NCBI GenBank assembly: GCA_963924565.1
Contig: OZ004607.1
Span: 32,178,001-32,242,000, forward strand
Length of the DNA stretch: 64,000 nucleotides
Reading direction: 5' to 3'
Source: Ascidiella aspersa
Lineage: Eukaryota
Below the pieces are notes generated by a model that worked only from the letters and a program-made list of their open reading frames with translations, was not told the DNA's origin and searched no databases. How positions within the stretch are numbered: the first letter of the stretch is position 1; every line of letters starts with the position of its first letter. Positions 26,368 to 38,400 of the stretch are shown in pieces. Made by a program: the position numbers and the translations under genes.

Positions 26368-26583
26368 GTCGTACAATGCAGATTTAAAACCGCCTTTGAG
26401 CTAAACTAAATTTACGGCATAGCTGTTCGGTCATTTGCAAAATTACGTCTCTTTGTGTTAAGTTAAAGGTGAAAGTGTCGTACAATGCAGATTTAAAACC
26501 GCCTTTGAGCTAAACTAAATTTACGGCATAGCTGTTCGGTCATTTGCAAAATTACGTCTCTTTGTGTTAAGTTAAAGGTGAAA
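26368..26583 (+). repeat. Perfect 107-bp tandem duplication inside the LTR element
   Basis: 26368-26474 equals 26477-26583 (gtcgtacaatgcag...aaggtgaaa). Confidence 0.92.
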
Positions 26584-28865
26584 CTTTACGCAAGAGAATA
26601 TTCTTCTCTCGTAAACTATTCTCTACGCCAATAAACAAATGTATTTATCTCTCACACTTACAGAAGTTGCGCCTTTCTGAAGTGCATATCCGTTTGCAGC
26701 TAACCTGCAGTCTGGTCCTATATGGTTTACGGTGTTTGATCAGAGATATCACACCTAAAATAACCTGACCGTTTTGTTTGTATTCCGGGCAAAGTTTCCG
26801 ATGTTTTCAAGGCCACGTGATGCCGTGAAGCTTTTTTTACCTTACTGACGGCTGAGATGCCCGTCACATGTCCATTTGAGTTACAAGCTTGCATAGTGTA
26901 ACTTTTTAGTTTAACCTTTACGTCAAGGTTAAGATGTCTGTCATTTAGGGATTACTTTTAAAATGGGAAAGGCGTTAGTTTGTTTTCGAGTTTCAGAGTT
27001 TAGCACCTTTTGACTTTCATGATTTCGGTATTCTTGAACGATAGGTTCTAGGCATTTGACTGACGGTTTTTGTCTTTCTACATTAAAATTACGATTTTTA
27101 CGGCTCTATTTCTGCATTGTAGGCTGAACATTTCTTGTATTCGCATGTTGTTAATCGCCGGTGTAGGTATTTTTACATAGATCGTTCAGTTACAATGAAC
27201 CAGCTCGAGAACGGAGGGATTCTTGAACACCTAAGGGAGCTGTTCAGCCTTTTCTCGATTGAGCTATTCACCTTCAGCTCCTCGTTTGCCAACCCGTTTG
27301 TACGAAGTGATCTTTTCATCGCCAGACACAGTCATCTATATCTTGGTTGTCGCCATCGCTTCTGACTTGTGCAACAAAGAGCCGATCGACAAGGAGGACA
27401 TGATCATCCCATGAACACTGTTTGACTTCCTGGAGGAAGAAGTCCAACATGGAGTTTCTCCGGACCTATTGTTTCAAAGACAAGGGGAGTGCATGTAGCA
27501 GCTTGCGCTGCTCCATGTTGTTACCGAGTGGAAACCCGGCTATTCAGATGAAGCAGGCTGGCCGGTTTGATGTCAACCAACGCCTGCCTGTGCGTGTTAT
27601 ACAAACTGCCAGCAGATTGCTGGAAGCGTTTGGTCAATTGTCCAATATTTCCTGATTTTCATTATTCGTGTTGAAGCACGTTGTCACGATATTTGATTAC
27701 CGCCAGCTGGAATGCTGTATACAAGTGATTTCATTTTATACCGAAAACAGCAGTCCCACTGTTCACTTAGCTGGAGTCAGATCGCGTACGTTATACGGAG
27801 GTAATTATTGTACGTATATCGCAAGTACCTGTAAGTACTGTTTGTCGCTTGTTTATTTGCAATAAATATTATTTCATTGTGCTTAAAACCCACACTCGCC
27901 AGGCCTGTCCTGCCTTAAAAAAGGTTGACACACACTGAGCTAGATAAACTATTAATGTTATCGCGTTTTCTAAAAAAAAATTGTTACAGTTTTCATTAGT
28001 TGTATGGATGACGACGTGTGGACTCGGATTTCAAACCCAACAAACGATCCGTGGTCTGCCTGATTCACAATAGTTCTAAAATTTTATTAACATAATTCTT
28101 AGGTTAACATTTTGTGCGGCCCGGAGAGACCTTTCTGAGGTTGGTTTCGGCCCGCGACTAGAAAAAGGTCGCCGAGCCCTGATCTAAAGCTTTTCAACCA
28201 AACAGCGTCGGTTCCATTCATTCCAATGTTTTTTTTAGTCAAATAGCAACCATAAAATAGTGACAAAAAATGGCAGATTCCCCGTTTATACTTTAATACA
28301 TTTCTAATTAATAACTACTAATTCTGATATATGTTAAGCTTTTACGCTTGCATTTTATTAAATTTAGAATGTTAATATTTATCTGGTTGACTGTTGTAGA
28401 ACGAATGTCTTGGTTGTTTTGTTTTTTTAATTTAAATGACGTGTAAAACAACATGGCAACCAATATGTTACGGTGTTTGCAAATGGGAAGAACAACTGCT
28501 GCGTCATTCTTACAACGTTCTTATCTGTTGTTATAAGTGTGTAAACCGTAAGTTTTGCTTAAAAGTATATATTTTCAAATTGTCGAAGGCCAGTGATGTT
28601 GTACTTGTTGTTGGTTTGTTTTAGGAATCCTAGTGTGATAGAATTAATTAATTTGAGGTAATACCTAGCTAACAGAACCCGGAAAATGCACTAATCTGTT
28701 CAGATATAGGTGGGTGCTTATTAATCTTGGTTTCGGATTCTATAACTTATGCCTGAGCCTACAATTTTTTTGAGTTTGTCTAGTTGGTTTGTAACACTTT
28801 ACTGTGAATACCAAAGTATGAATAATATGTTACACATATCCACACTGCATAATGCAACAATTAAT

Positions 28866-29131
28866 GGCGCTCTTTCACTATTGTACGTGAAAAGTTATGC
28901 AAAAAACAAAACAAAATAATACCGCATACCACAACGCATATTGTTTGGGTTAGGGTGCGGGTTAGCGTTTGGGTGAGGGTGGGTCAAGTAATATTATGTT
29001 TATTATTAATAATAACTTGACCAACCTTCAACCAAACGCTAACCCTAACCCAAACAATATCCGTTGTGGTATGCAGCATTTGAAGAAAGTTTTTTTTTAT
29101 TAATTTTCACGTACATAAGTAAAAGAGCGCC
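28866..29131. mobile_element. Fully palindromic foldback MITE with GG...CC termini (Merlin- or Mutator-like)
   Basis: ggcgctcttt...aaagagcgcc; arms pair over most of the length; perfect 8-bp TSD caattaat; internal gggttaggg/ccctaaccc motifs. Confidence 0.85.
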
Positions 29132-29486
29132 CAATTAATTAACACTTTTAAACCATAATGCAAATAAAAAGGGCTTTTTGAAGCTGACATTCCTTAACTT
29201 TTTGCACTTTTATGCTTAAATTACTGTTTTTTAATATATAATATACGCATTAAATATAAAGTTTGTATTTTGATTTTAAACACTTAACCAAAAGACTATT
29301 AAAACTAATTAACTGCCAAACAAACAACTTTAAATTGCTAAACAACAACTTATACAATATTTTTGCTAAGGAGTGTTAAGTTGTTCATGAGCAAAACAAT
29401 TTGCTTAGTATGATAAAAATGCTGTAATTCAACGAAAGGATTATTTGTAATTAAAGAGAGATTCAAATTGATGTTACAATTTTAAG

Positions 29487-32400
29487 ATGGCAACATCAAC
29501 CGAAAATTACAGGTATTAATGTTTAACCTTCTTCAATAATGATTAAAATTGTATATTTATTTATATTATATATACATTTATTAAATTGTGGTGTTTAGTA
29601 AGTGTTATAAAAAAGTAATAAGTATTGCTCTTTTGTTGTGCTAAAAAAAACAAAACAAAAATGTTAATTGAATTTTGTTTACAGTACTTGGGACATTGTG
29701 AAAGCAACCCAGTATGGAATACTAAATCGCTGCAAAGAGCTCGTAGAGGGTGGTTATGACGTTCGTACTCCTGACGGAGATAGCATTACACTTCTTCACT
29801 GGGCAGCCATAAACAACAGAGTTGACATTGCCAGGTAACACTTGATTATCATTTGATCGTTACTCAGATTGGACACTTTGGATATTGCCCTGAGAAGATG
29901 ATTTGTCAGCCTAAACTTGCATGGCTGTAACAAAGTTTATGTTAAATTTATAGAGTTGTTATACATAATGTTACTTTTAAAATTCGCACTGCTATAAATG
30001 AAGTGGTATACATATTGAAAACCGGTAGCTTGGCAGAAGTTTTGACTTTCCCATCTTAACGCATAGTGTAGCCATTTTACAAAAAAAGGTCGATTATGGC
30101 CATGGCTGAGCAGGCAACTGCATGGGGGATTATCCTAACTTTCCAACCTGGTTTGGCTACTTATTAATAAAAAAAAATTCATGAATTAGCTATTCAAATA
30201 TTGCTACCAACTTTAACAGAACAATGCTGCCCTAAATGTGAAAAAACTTTTATTTATGTTTTAAGGTATTATGTATCAATGGGGGCAATGGTTGATGTGC
30301 TTGGAGGCGATTTGATGGCAACACCTCTTCACTGGGCTATACGAGAAGGACATTTGTCTATGGTGGTTTTGTTACTCAAGTCTGGGTAAGATTAATGGTG
30401 TTGTAAGGTGTCCATGTATTGTAATTTAATGTAATAAGTATAAGTTTCATTTCACCAACTCTTATTTCTATGTATGGTGGTTTATTTCACTCTAACTTAG
30501 TTTTTATGATATTTAATTTCAAGGTGAATGTACTATGTTTATGATTACACTCTTACTCTTGTTGTTAATCACTGGCCGAAACAAACCTCAAGCAGTCTAA
30601 TTGCAATGTCTCATAAATATAGAAATTGTGGCCAATTAGAGTTTCATTTTGCGATGCTCAATAAAACTCTATGTAGCAATTTATTTTCTCAGGTTTTAAC
30701 TAGAGCAATTCAGAGAAAACAATATATATAATACATGTTAATGCATACTTAGAAAAATACTGCTATAAAATTATTTCTTAATCTGTATTAAAATCACTTT
30801 GTTTTAGAACTAAAAAAGTATTAATTTAATTCTTATTGTTTTGTTCAAGTTACTTTACAAGTTTACCAGAAGTCATTTTTGCATTGTTATATCATAGCCG
30901 CACAATTTAAACCGTAACTTTAGACACTTTTTGGCATAAAATCCTAACGTTCTTTTGAAACAATCTGTCTAGAATGCGAACATTTTGTCAAATTGTGTAT
31001 GATGTAATCCGATTTCTGTGTAAAGCACCAACATTGGGTTCGCATAGTTTTTTTAAAACTGAAAGGGGGGTTGGGATAAAACAAAAGTTAGTAAAAACTG
31101 CTTGTTGAATTTGTTATACTAAATGTTTAAACAAATGTTTTCAAGAAACAAAACATAGGCCCCAATAGAAACATATACCATTCAAATTTATTTATTTTTT
31201 AAATCAAAGAGTTGTGTACTAAGTTAGACTGAAGCCATATACTACATTTGCATTAAATCAAGTTTTGGGTTTACCAAAATTTGCAACAGTTGTTGAATGT
31301 TGCACGAAACCCTTGGGGTTTTGGGATTAGTCTCATGGGATATTTAAGCTTTTCTTTATTGCTGTCAATCAACTTGTCTAACAGCGGAATAGTGATTAGC
31401 TTTTGCTTTGGTTAGCTCCTTCTTTCCTTGGATCTATTTTATTAATGGATTGACAATATTAGGGTTAGTTCACCCCGCCTCTTTTTGACATCTACACATT
31501 AACATGTAAAAAAAGACTTACCCGGTGCTTTGCTTCACAGCAGTGGTCATGAACCTGTGTAGGTCTTTTGTAACGGCCAATGGCAATTACTGTTTACAAA
31601 TTAGCCTAAAATTCAATATATATTTGTTTTTTCCTAAGTGAAAAACTAATTCAAAGAGAGGTCACCTAACTGCGGGATAAGTGTAGTTGTCTCAGTAATC
31701 CAGTCCACTTTGAAAAAAATTTGGTAATCCCTGCTTTATAGTATTTATAATAAAATTAGTAACAAATTATATTTTTAGTGCTGATGCTGGAGTGCGAGAT
31801 GCTGAAGGCTGCGCTGCAATCCATGTTGCTGTACAATGCGGGCACACACCTATTGTATCCTACCTTATTGCTAAGGGGACCGATGCAGACCTTTACGACG
31901 CAAATGGCAAAACCCCCCTTATGTGGGCCACCTGGAGAACCTATGGGTAACTTTTAGGCATATTTTTTTACATACCACTGTTTCGCTGGGCTGCAAAATG
32001 TTATTTTGTAATGGTTTATGTATGCAACATGCTTTCCATTTGTTTGTGTCTTTGGATTAGATAATTAGATTTTCTTACTACCAATATTATATGTATGTCT
32101 AAAACTACAGCAACACTTCTGTCGAGGAGTCATTCCCTTCTATATTTTAATTATGATTTATTGTTAATAGTGCTATATTGATTTTTGTGGGCTGGACTTT
32201 AAACCGATTTGCAGGACTGAGAAACTCAGGCTTAAAAATGTCTATCTTCATCAGTCGATTTTACAATCCGATAAAATGTAGCATATGTTTTATTCCAAAA
32301 GTTAACACCCTTTAATTTTACTTATTCGATTTTGTTGCCTGTTTTCAATGCATTTTCTTCTGGCAGCAATGTAAAAGGCTGTTTAAGCCCTTCTTTGTGT

Positions 32401-35400
32401 TAATAATTGATGAGAGGCCTTTCTTTGCAACCCATGTTAGATTTAACCATATATATATTGTCTGCTATTAAATTGCTTCTTTATAACAAATATAACCAAA
32501 CTTTCCCCCCGAATAATTTAATCATTCTGGTCGTTTACACTAGAATGTTTTATGCAAAACCTTAAATGATAGGTATTTTTTGCTCAATTTTTATTGCCAA
32601 ATTTATTATTTATTTACAAATTAGCAGAACACTGTCACTGTATGCATAAAGATACTGTGTGGCAAAACATCAGTGTCATTTGTTTTAAAGTTAGTAGGAC
32701 ATAATACTTTTTGAAGGGCTGGGGATTGCAAGTTACCTGACACAAAAATTTGTAGCAAAAGTCAATAATAATCCATCAACTTCTTTTGAGTCCTAATCTG
32801 CGGTCTATGCTTAAAATGTATTGAATTTACCCAACAAGATTGTTTTCATTTTTTAGTGTGGATCCAACTCGGACCCTGATATCGCTGTATGCGGGGGTAA
32901 ATATGAAGGACAGAGCCCAGCACAACACTCCTTTACACTGGGCATGTCTGGCTCAAAACACCAACGTTATAACGTTGCTCATTCAAGCTGGTGCTGACCT
33001 GGACGCTAAGAACAGCAGAGTAAGCTAAAAAAGTAAAAGTAAAAAAAAATGTATATTTTAATTGGACAGTAGTACATGAAAGCCATCGCTTTGGGTGTAC
33101 TATTGATACAAAAGCTACATTCGTTGGCAAAAAAGCAGATTCAGAAGGGCTAGATTACAGTTGTTAAACACATAATATCTCTTTCATTCTTTTAATAGGC
33201 AATGATAATTAAATTTGCAACTTTTCATTGTTACAATAATAATCTTTCAAGTGCTTCAGAAGGTATTTAAAGAAGTCTGGTTAAATCCTTTTTTTCCTAA
33301 AAATACAGCAACACTACTGTCAAGGAGTCATTCCTTTTTATATTTTAATTATGATTTATTGTCATTTGTCAATATTTTCGTATTGATTTTTGTTGACTGG
33401 ACTTCAAAGTCGTGGCCCAAATTGATATTGATTAAATAACCAGCAGCAGCAGGAGCCTAGCAGAGTAAACCGTGGTGTTAAAAGCCCAAAGGTTGTGTTT
33501 AGGGACGACTGCGGAAGATACAACAGACACAAGGGTTTTACGTGCTTTTGTTGTTACAAAGGGTGAGACTGCTCTGGACATCGCCCGCTCCAAGAAGAAT
33601 GTGTGGATTTCGTCGCGGCTTGAAATGATTCGGAGAGAAAGAGGCCTTGATGCGGGCAACTCTTACCTGCAACGACTGGCTTCCAGCAAAACTGTAAGCA
33701 CTTCATACTTGTGCAGTTTTACTTCCAAAAGTTTTCAAAATCCTGCAAATGGAATTTTGTCAGTGTTGTGAAGAAGTTTAACTTTGTGACTCTTTTGCCA
33801 AAATAACACATTAAGTCTCAGTCCAAATCATCCGTTGCCCAAGTCAAGCTCTAATTGAGTCATTATCAGAGCAAATAAACCTCAAGGAACGTCATTGACA
33901 TAAAAATAAACGTTGCACCAATAAAATTAGTGAAATTTTAGAATAACACTGCAACATATAACACAAATGTGACATAGAGCTTCAAGCAAATTGTTTTGAA
34001 TGCAAAAATTAAGTTGAATACCACAATTAAACAAAATGAAAACACTTAACTTAAACCAAAGTTATTTGACACTATGACTTGTTTCTAAGTCAAGTCATTT
34101 TCAAAAAAACTTAAGTCATTTTGGTCAGATAAAGTCAATTAAAAAAACAGTGACTCAACTGCACTGTTAGTGTTACAACACCTAATAGAAAGAAAATGCC
34201 TTACCATGTGGCAGCAAATACATCCAAATTAAGAAAATACTCCAATCAAGACCTATAACATATTAATTACCAGCTTCAATTTGCTTTGCTGTTACTTGCC
34301 AAACCAAGACAAATTAAAAAAATACTTCGGACAAGTGAAATGTTTGTTTTGCTTTCGCCCGGATTACGCGTCTGTTTTGCCAAGAGAACAATCCGCCCAC
34401 TGGTTTTAAAATGTCAAATACCACACGCTTCGGCTGGGCTATTAATTTCGATACAGCACGGGCGACAATAAAAACCACTTGAATATAGCGTACGAGGTGT
34501 GTGGAAATGTATTGTGTCGCTTTTTATTCTTGTGTATCCAACGCAAAAGGTTTGCTTTTTTCGCGATGTATAGTAGTCACGAGTAAGCCTGCAAAAATAA
34601 AGCTCCACACTTAATGGGCATGTTCGTTGGTAATATTATTTTATCACACCACTTATACCGACTCTACCTGACGCTGTGCAACAATATTTTAGCACTAGTC
34701 GCGTATAAAATATGGCGAGTTAAGCGGTACAGAAACCATAATTTTAATTGTTATGACCAGTGTTTTTTTAAGATGTTTTGGGGGACCGAAACGGTCCCCC
34801 AAATTTCTCCAGCGGTTTCCCAAATTTTGGACTTGCAACTTTTTGGTATTTAAATGAAACACTTGCGGTCTCTTAAAACTACTTAGCGGTCACCCAAACC
34901 AAACCTTAAAAAAATCCTGGTTATGACCTATGTTCGGTGTAGATGCAACCTATTTAAGTTGCGTTCTTTAGGGTCAATAACGTCGAACGCTCATAGTGCA
35001 ACTAGTTCAGATGAGCTGTTTTTTGAGTAATATTATGCGTGGTAACAACAGTTTATATTTCATGTTCGTTACTTCGTACTTTATTATTATATAAAACATA
35101 TATATTTTTGTTTTTCACAATAAAAACAATCTGTTCGGCTGATTGAATCCAATACTAAATGACGTCATTAATATGATCAATATGCAATATTATTAAAGAA
35201 AAGTTAAAGCTAGATTTTACACATTAAAAAAAATCACGTTAGAATTAATAAGTTTACTGTAAATAAATTGTTAATCTAACCATGACTGAAATTAATATGC
35301 CAGTTTAGTACCGATTTGTCCACGATGTGTCTCAATTAACTACCGCTAAGCATTGGGTATGGGCAATCGGTCCTATACATTTCCTCCAAATCCAACATAA

Positions 35401-38400
35401 ATTTTTCACACCATTCAAACAATTCAACGTCTCAGCTAAAACCGTCTCTAACTCAGCCAACTATTGAGCATCCTAAGTTGTGACCGAATTTTTTTAAATT
35501 CTCCAAACGCAAATTGTGCGACGCAGGAAAAGCACCTATATTACCGCAAACATAACCCCCCAGACAAATTTTTACCGACTGCAGCAATATTCTCTCCGTT
35601 TTCAAACTACAGCAGCGTACGTAACATTCACCCTACGTTTTTTCTTCTCCACTTTGAGTTGTGACTGACATTTGTTTAAATTCTCCAAACGCAAATTGTG
35701 CGACACAGGGAAAAACACATTGGCCGACAGATATCTATATTTTTAACGCTCCACCAAGTTTCCTCGCTTTCAAACCACAGCAGCGTACTTAACATTTACC
35801 CTCTTTTTTCCCTTCTCCAGTTCCGCGAGCGAATCACGGTCGCTGTTGCGTTTTTCGTCATGTTTTCTGTCGGCTTCATCTTCGAGATTTCGACGCCCTC
35901 GTGGCTCCTCAAGGCAGCGCTCTTCGTCATTTGCTACCTTATCGTCTACGGAGTGTCGGTGTAAGTATTATCGCGTGTCAGTGTAAGCGGCCTTAAATAT
36001 AATTGGATTGCATTATGTTGCTGCTATTTGAAACCGCTTTTTTGGAAGATGTTAAGTAGAGATAGACCGATATATGGGTTTGTCGATATTTGGCTTCTTC
36101 CTATATATCGGTATCGGTAAATGTAGGCCGATACTTTGGCCGATGTTTTAGTACGAAAATATAATATATTTTTTCCTGTACAACAAACAATTTACCCGTT
36201 TTTTGATGAAAAAAAATTGGGTTTTAGCACCACGCCAAGTTAATATGCAAAATAATAGTTTAATAATTAATAAAGGTGCATAAACTAAAACGTTATTTGG
36301 ATTTTATTTTCAATTCATTTTTTAAACATTTTCAGGTATATGAAAAAAAATCGATTTCGGGTATAGGTCCAAAAGAGTGATATCGGTCGATCTTTAATGT
36401 TAAGCCTCTGCTTGGTGGACGGTAACCACCTTCTTTTGATTAATATTGATTGCTAATAGTGCTGTCCGGTACTTTACATTTTTTTCAGACACCAATACCC
36501 TATATTTTATTAAAAAAAAATATTGCGATCCGGTCCCATACTAAACGACGTTATTAATATGTTTAAATAGGCAATACTGAAGAAATAAACGTTTGAAGGT
36601 TATTCTTTCTGGGTTATATTACCACAATTTCTGCTTTGGAGTTAAAAAGTTTAGTTACATTCCGTTGTTAACCTTCCATTTTAAGATATATTTACGTTAT
36701 AAGGTCGAATTATTGCGTTTGATTGCAAATTCAAGCTGAAATTTCTGCATTAATTTGGTATCGGAGTATAGGACGAGTACCGATACTACCACTTCGAATC
36801 GGGAATCGGTTCCGATCTGACATTATCGCACACCCCTAGTATGAGATATTGCTATTGGTTAAAAATTTCGCAACCCGAGTTGTTAAACCACTTAAAACAC
36901 AAAGTGCCTTATGGCTGTTTCGTCCTTCCCGTTTTAGGTGATATTTGACGTTTATGCGACACCATTATTTGTTTTTACGACGTATGTGGTTGTAAGATTT
37001 AATATGTCATTGTACTAGTCATCTTACAGATTTATTGATCCGTTCGACAACAAAAGAATACCAATGATATTTTTTTGGAAAATAATTTTGATTGACTCGC
37101 GTTCACGACGGTCGCTATCAATTTTAAAATACTCAATCCCTTCGCACAAATAGTGTGGAGTCGTTTCACCTAAGCAAGAAGTTTGGTGGCTGGGCGTTTA
37201 TAGTGTAGATTAAGTAAAACTCGTACACTGCTTATAAACCTTTAAAAAAAGTCTGATCATGTGTCACTTGGATTTAAAACTTAATGTTTATATACGCGTC
37301 AGCGGAACAGTGCAGAAAAGTAGAAACCTACTGCCAATGGTTATAAATTCCATAAAGATACATCTCGTTTTTAGGGTGTTTACTTCATACATAATTCTGT
37401 ATCCAGGGACAAACTGAAATTTTGTTTTACTGCCACTTTGCATTGTTTTGTATACGAAAGCAACTAACAGAACAATTTCTTCACGAATATCAAGTTCAGC
37501 AAAGTTTTAACGCTTGGCTGTAAGACGGCGCTTTATGATATAGTATAGCAACTTAACGTCAACCGAACCGAAAACATCATTTTTCACGCAAAGTTAAGCA
37601 CCCACACAATGCCCACTCTACACACGAGGAAGTGCCTTTCGAAATTACGCTTTGTTGCGCACCGTTGTTTATGATGATGCTCATAAGGCTTCGTGCCGGG
37701 CGTCGTAGTAGTTGTGCTTACCAATGCAAACATCAATCATTACTGCTGCTTTTGGCTTGGTTTAAGGCCCAAGGATGTCCAATCTTTTATTATAGTGGGC
37801 TTCATTGTCAATTGAAATAATTCAAAGGGCCGCAGAACCAAATTACGCTTTGCTCAGTTCAGCGCAGCTGTAGTGCTAACGGGCCTTTATAGTTATATTT
37901 ATATATTTTTACCAATACTATACTATTGCTGCGCCCCTAAAAGCTGACTGGTACATTTTAATTAGGCTAAGATTCAAAGTTTAAAATACTACTTGAAGTG
38001 CTAGCGGGCTTGGATGGCTAGCGGGCCGCAAAAAAATTTCCGACAGCCCGCGGGCCACAGGTTGGACATCCCTGATTTAAGCCTTAGGCGTGTTAGAGTT
38101 TATCTCTGGCGCATTTCGTCTACTATACTCGAAAAACTACAAAAATGCACGCGTGGGCGTCCTTTCCAAGAATTTCCAATTGAGAATGGCCTCGGGGGGT
38201 TTCGGTGTGTTGTCAGTTGATCTTGACAGAAAACAACCGTGGGCGCGTAAATTAAAGGAATAAATTTGATTTTAAGAGGCTGTTCGGCCGTTATTGCATA
38301 CAAGTAAATGTTAAATGAAAGCAATTATATAATTTATTCTCAAATCTTTGTTGGGATGTTAAGCTGTCCCAGTTTACGGTTAATATACTCTTGAAAAAAG

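Larger units (their letters stand above)
24814..27894 (+). mobile_element. Non-autonomous Ty3/Gypsy-type LTR retrotransposon (CsRn1-like), 3.08 kb
   Basis: TG...CA LTRs 24814-25041 (228 bp) and 27494-27894 (401 bp), about 7 mismatches over the shared 228 bp; 4-bp TSD ctcg; PBS tggagaccccgacgtgat at 25045 (complement of the tRNA-Trp 3' end, 1 mismatch); PPT aaggggag before the 3' LTR; no intact gag-pol. Confidence 0.92.
24590..28181. mobile_element. hAT MITE (family of 21170-21687) split by an LTR element
   Basis: Left part ggggccggcaacctacagcccacgggccg and right part 27980-28181 (ending aggtcgccgagccctg) align with the 21170 copy; flanks atctaa / atctaaag. Confidence 0.75.

Noticed and set aside
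24772-27865. Duplicated ORFs 24772-25101 and 27422-27655 as paralogous genes
   Set aside because: They are translations of the two LTR copies.
28453-28546. Upstream coding exon extending the ZDHHC17 N-terminus
   Set aside because: The ATG frame reaches TAA before the gtaagt donor; at most a non-coding exon.
28947-29050. TTAGGG/CCCTAA as an interstitial telomere or chromosome fusion scar
   Set aside because: Only one or two units, inside a TSD-flanked palindromic MITE.
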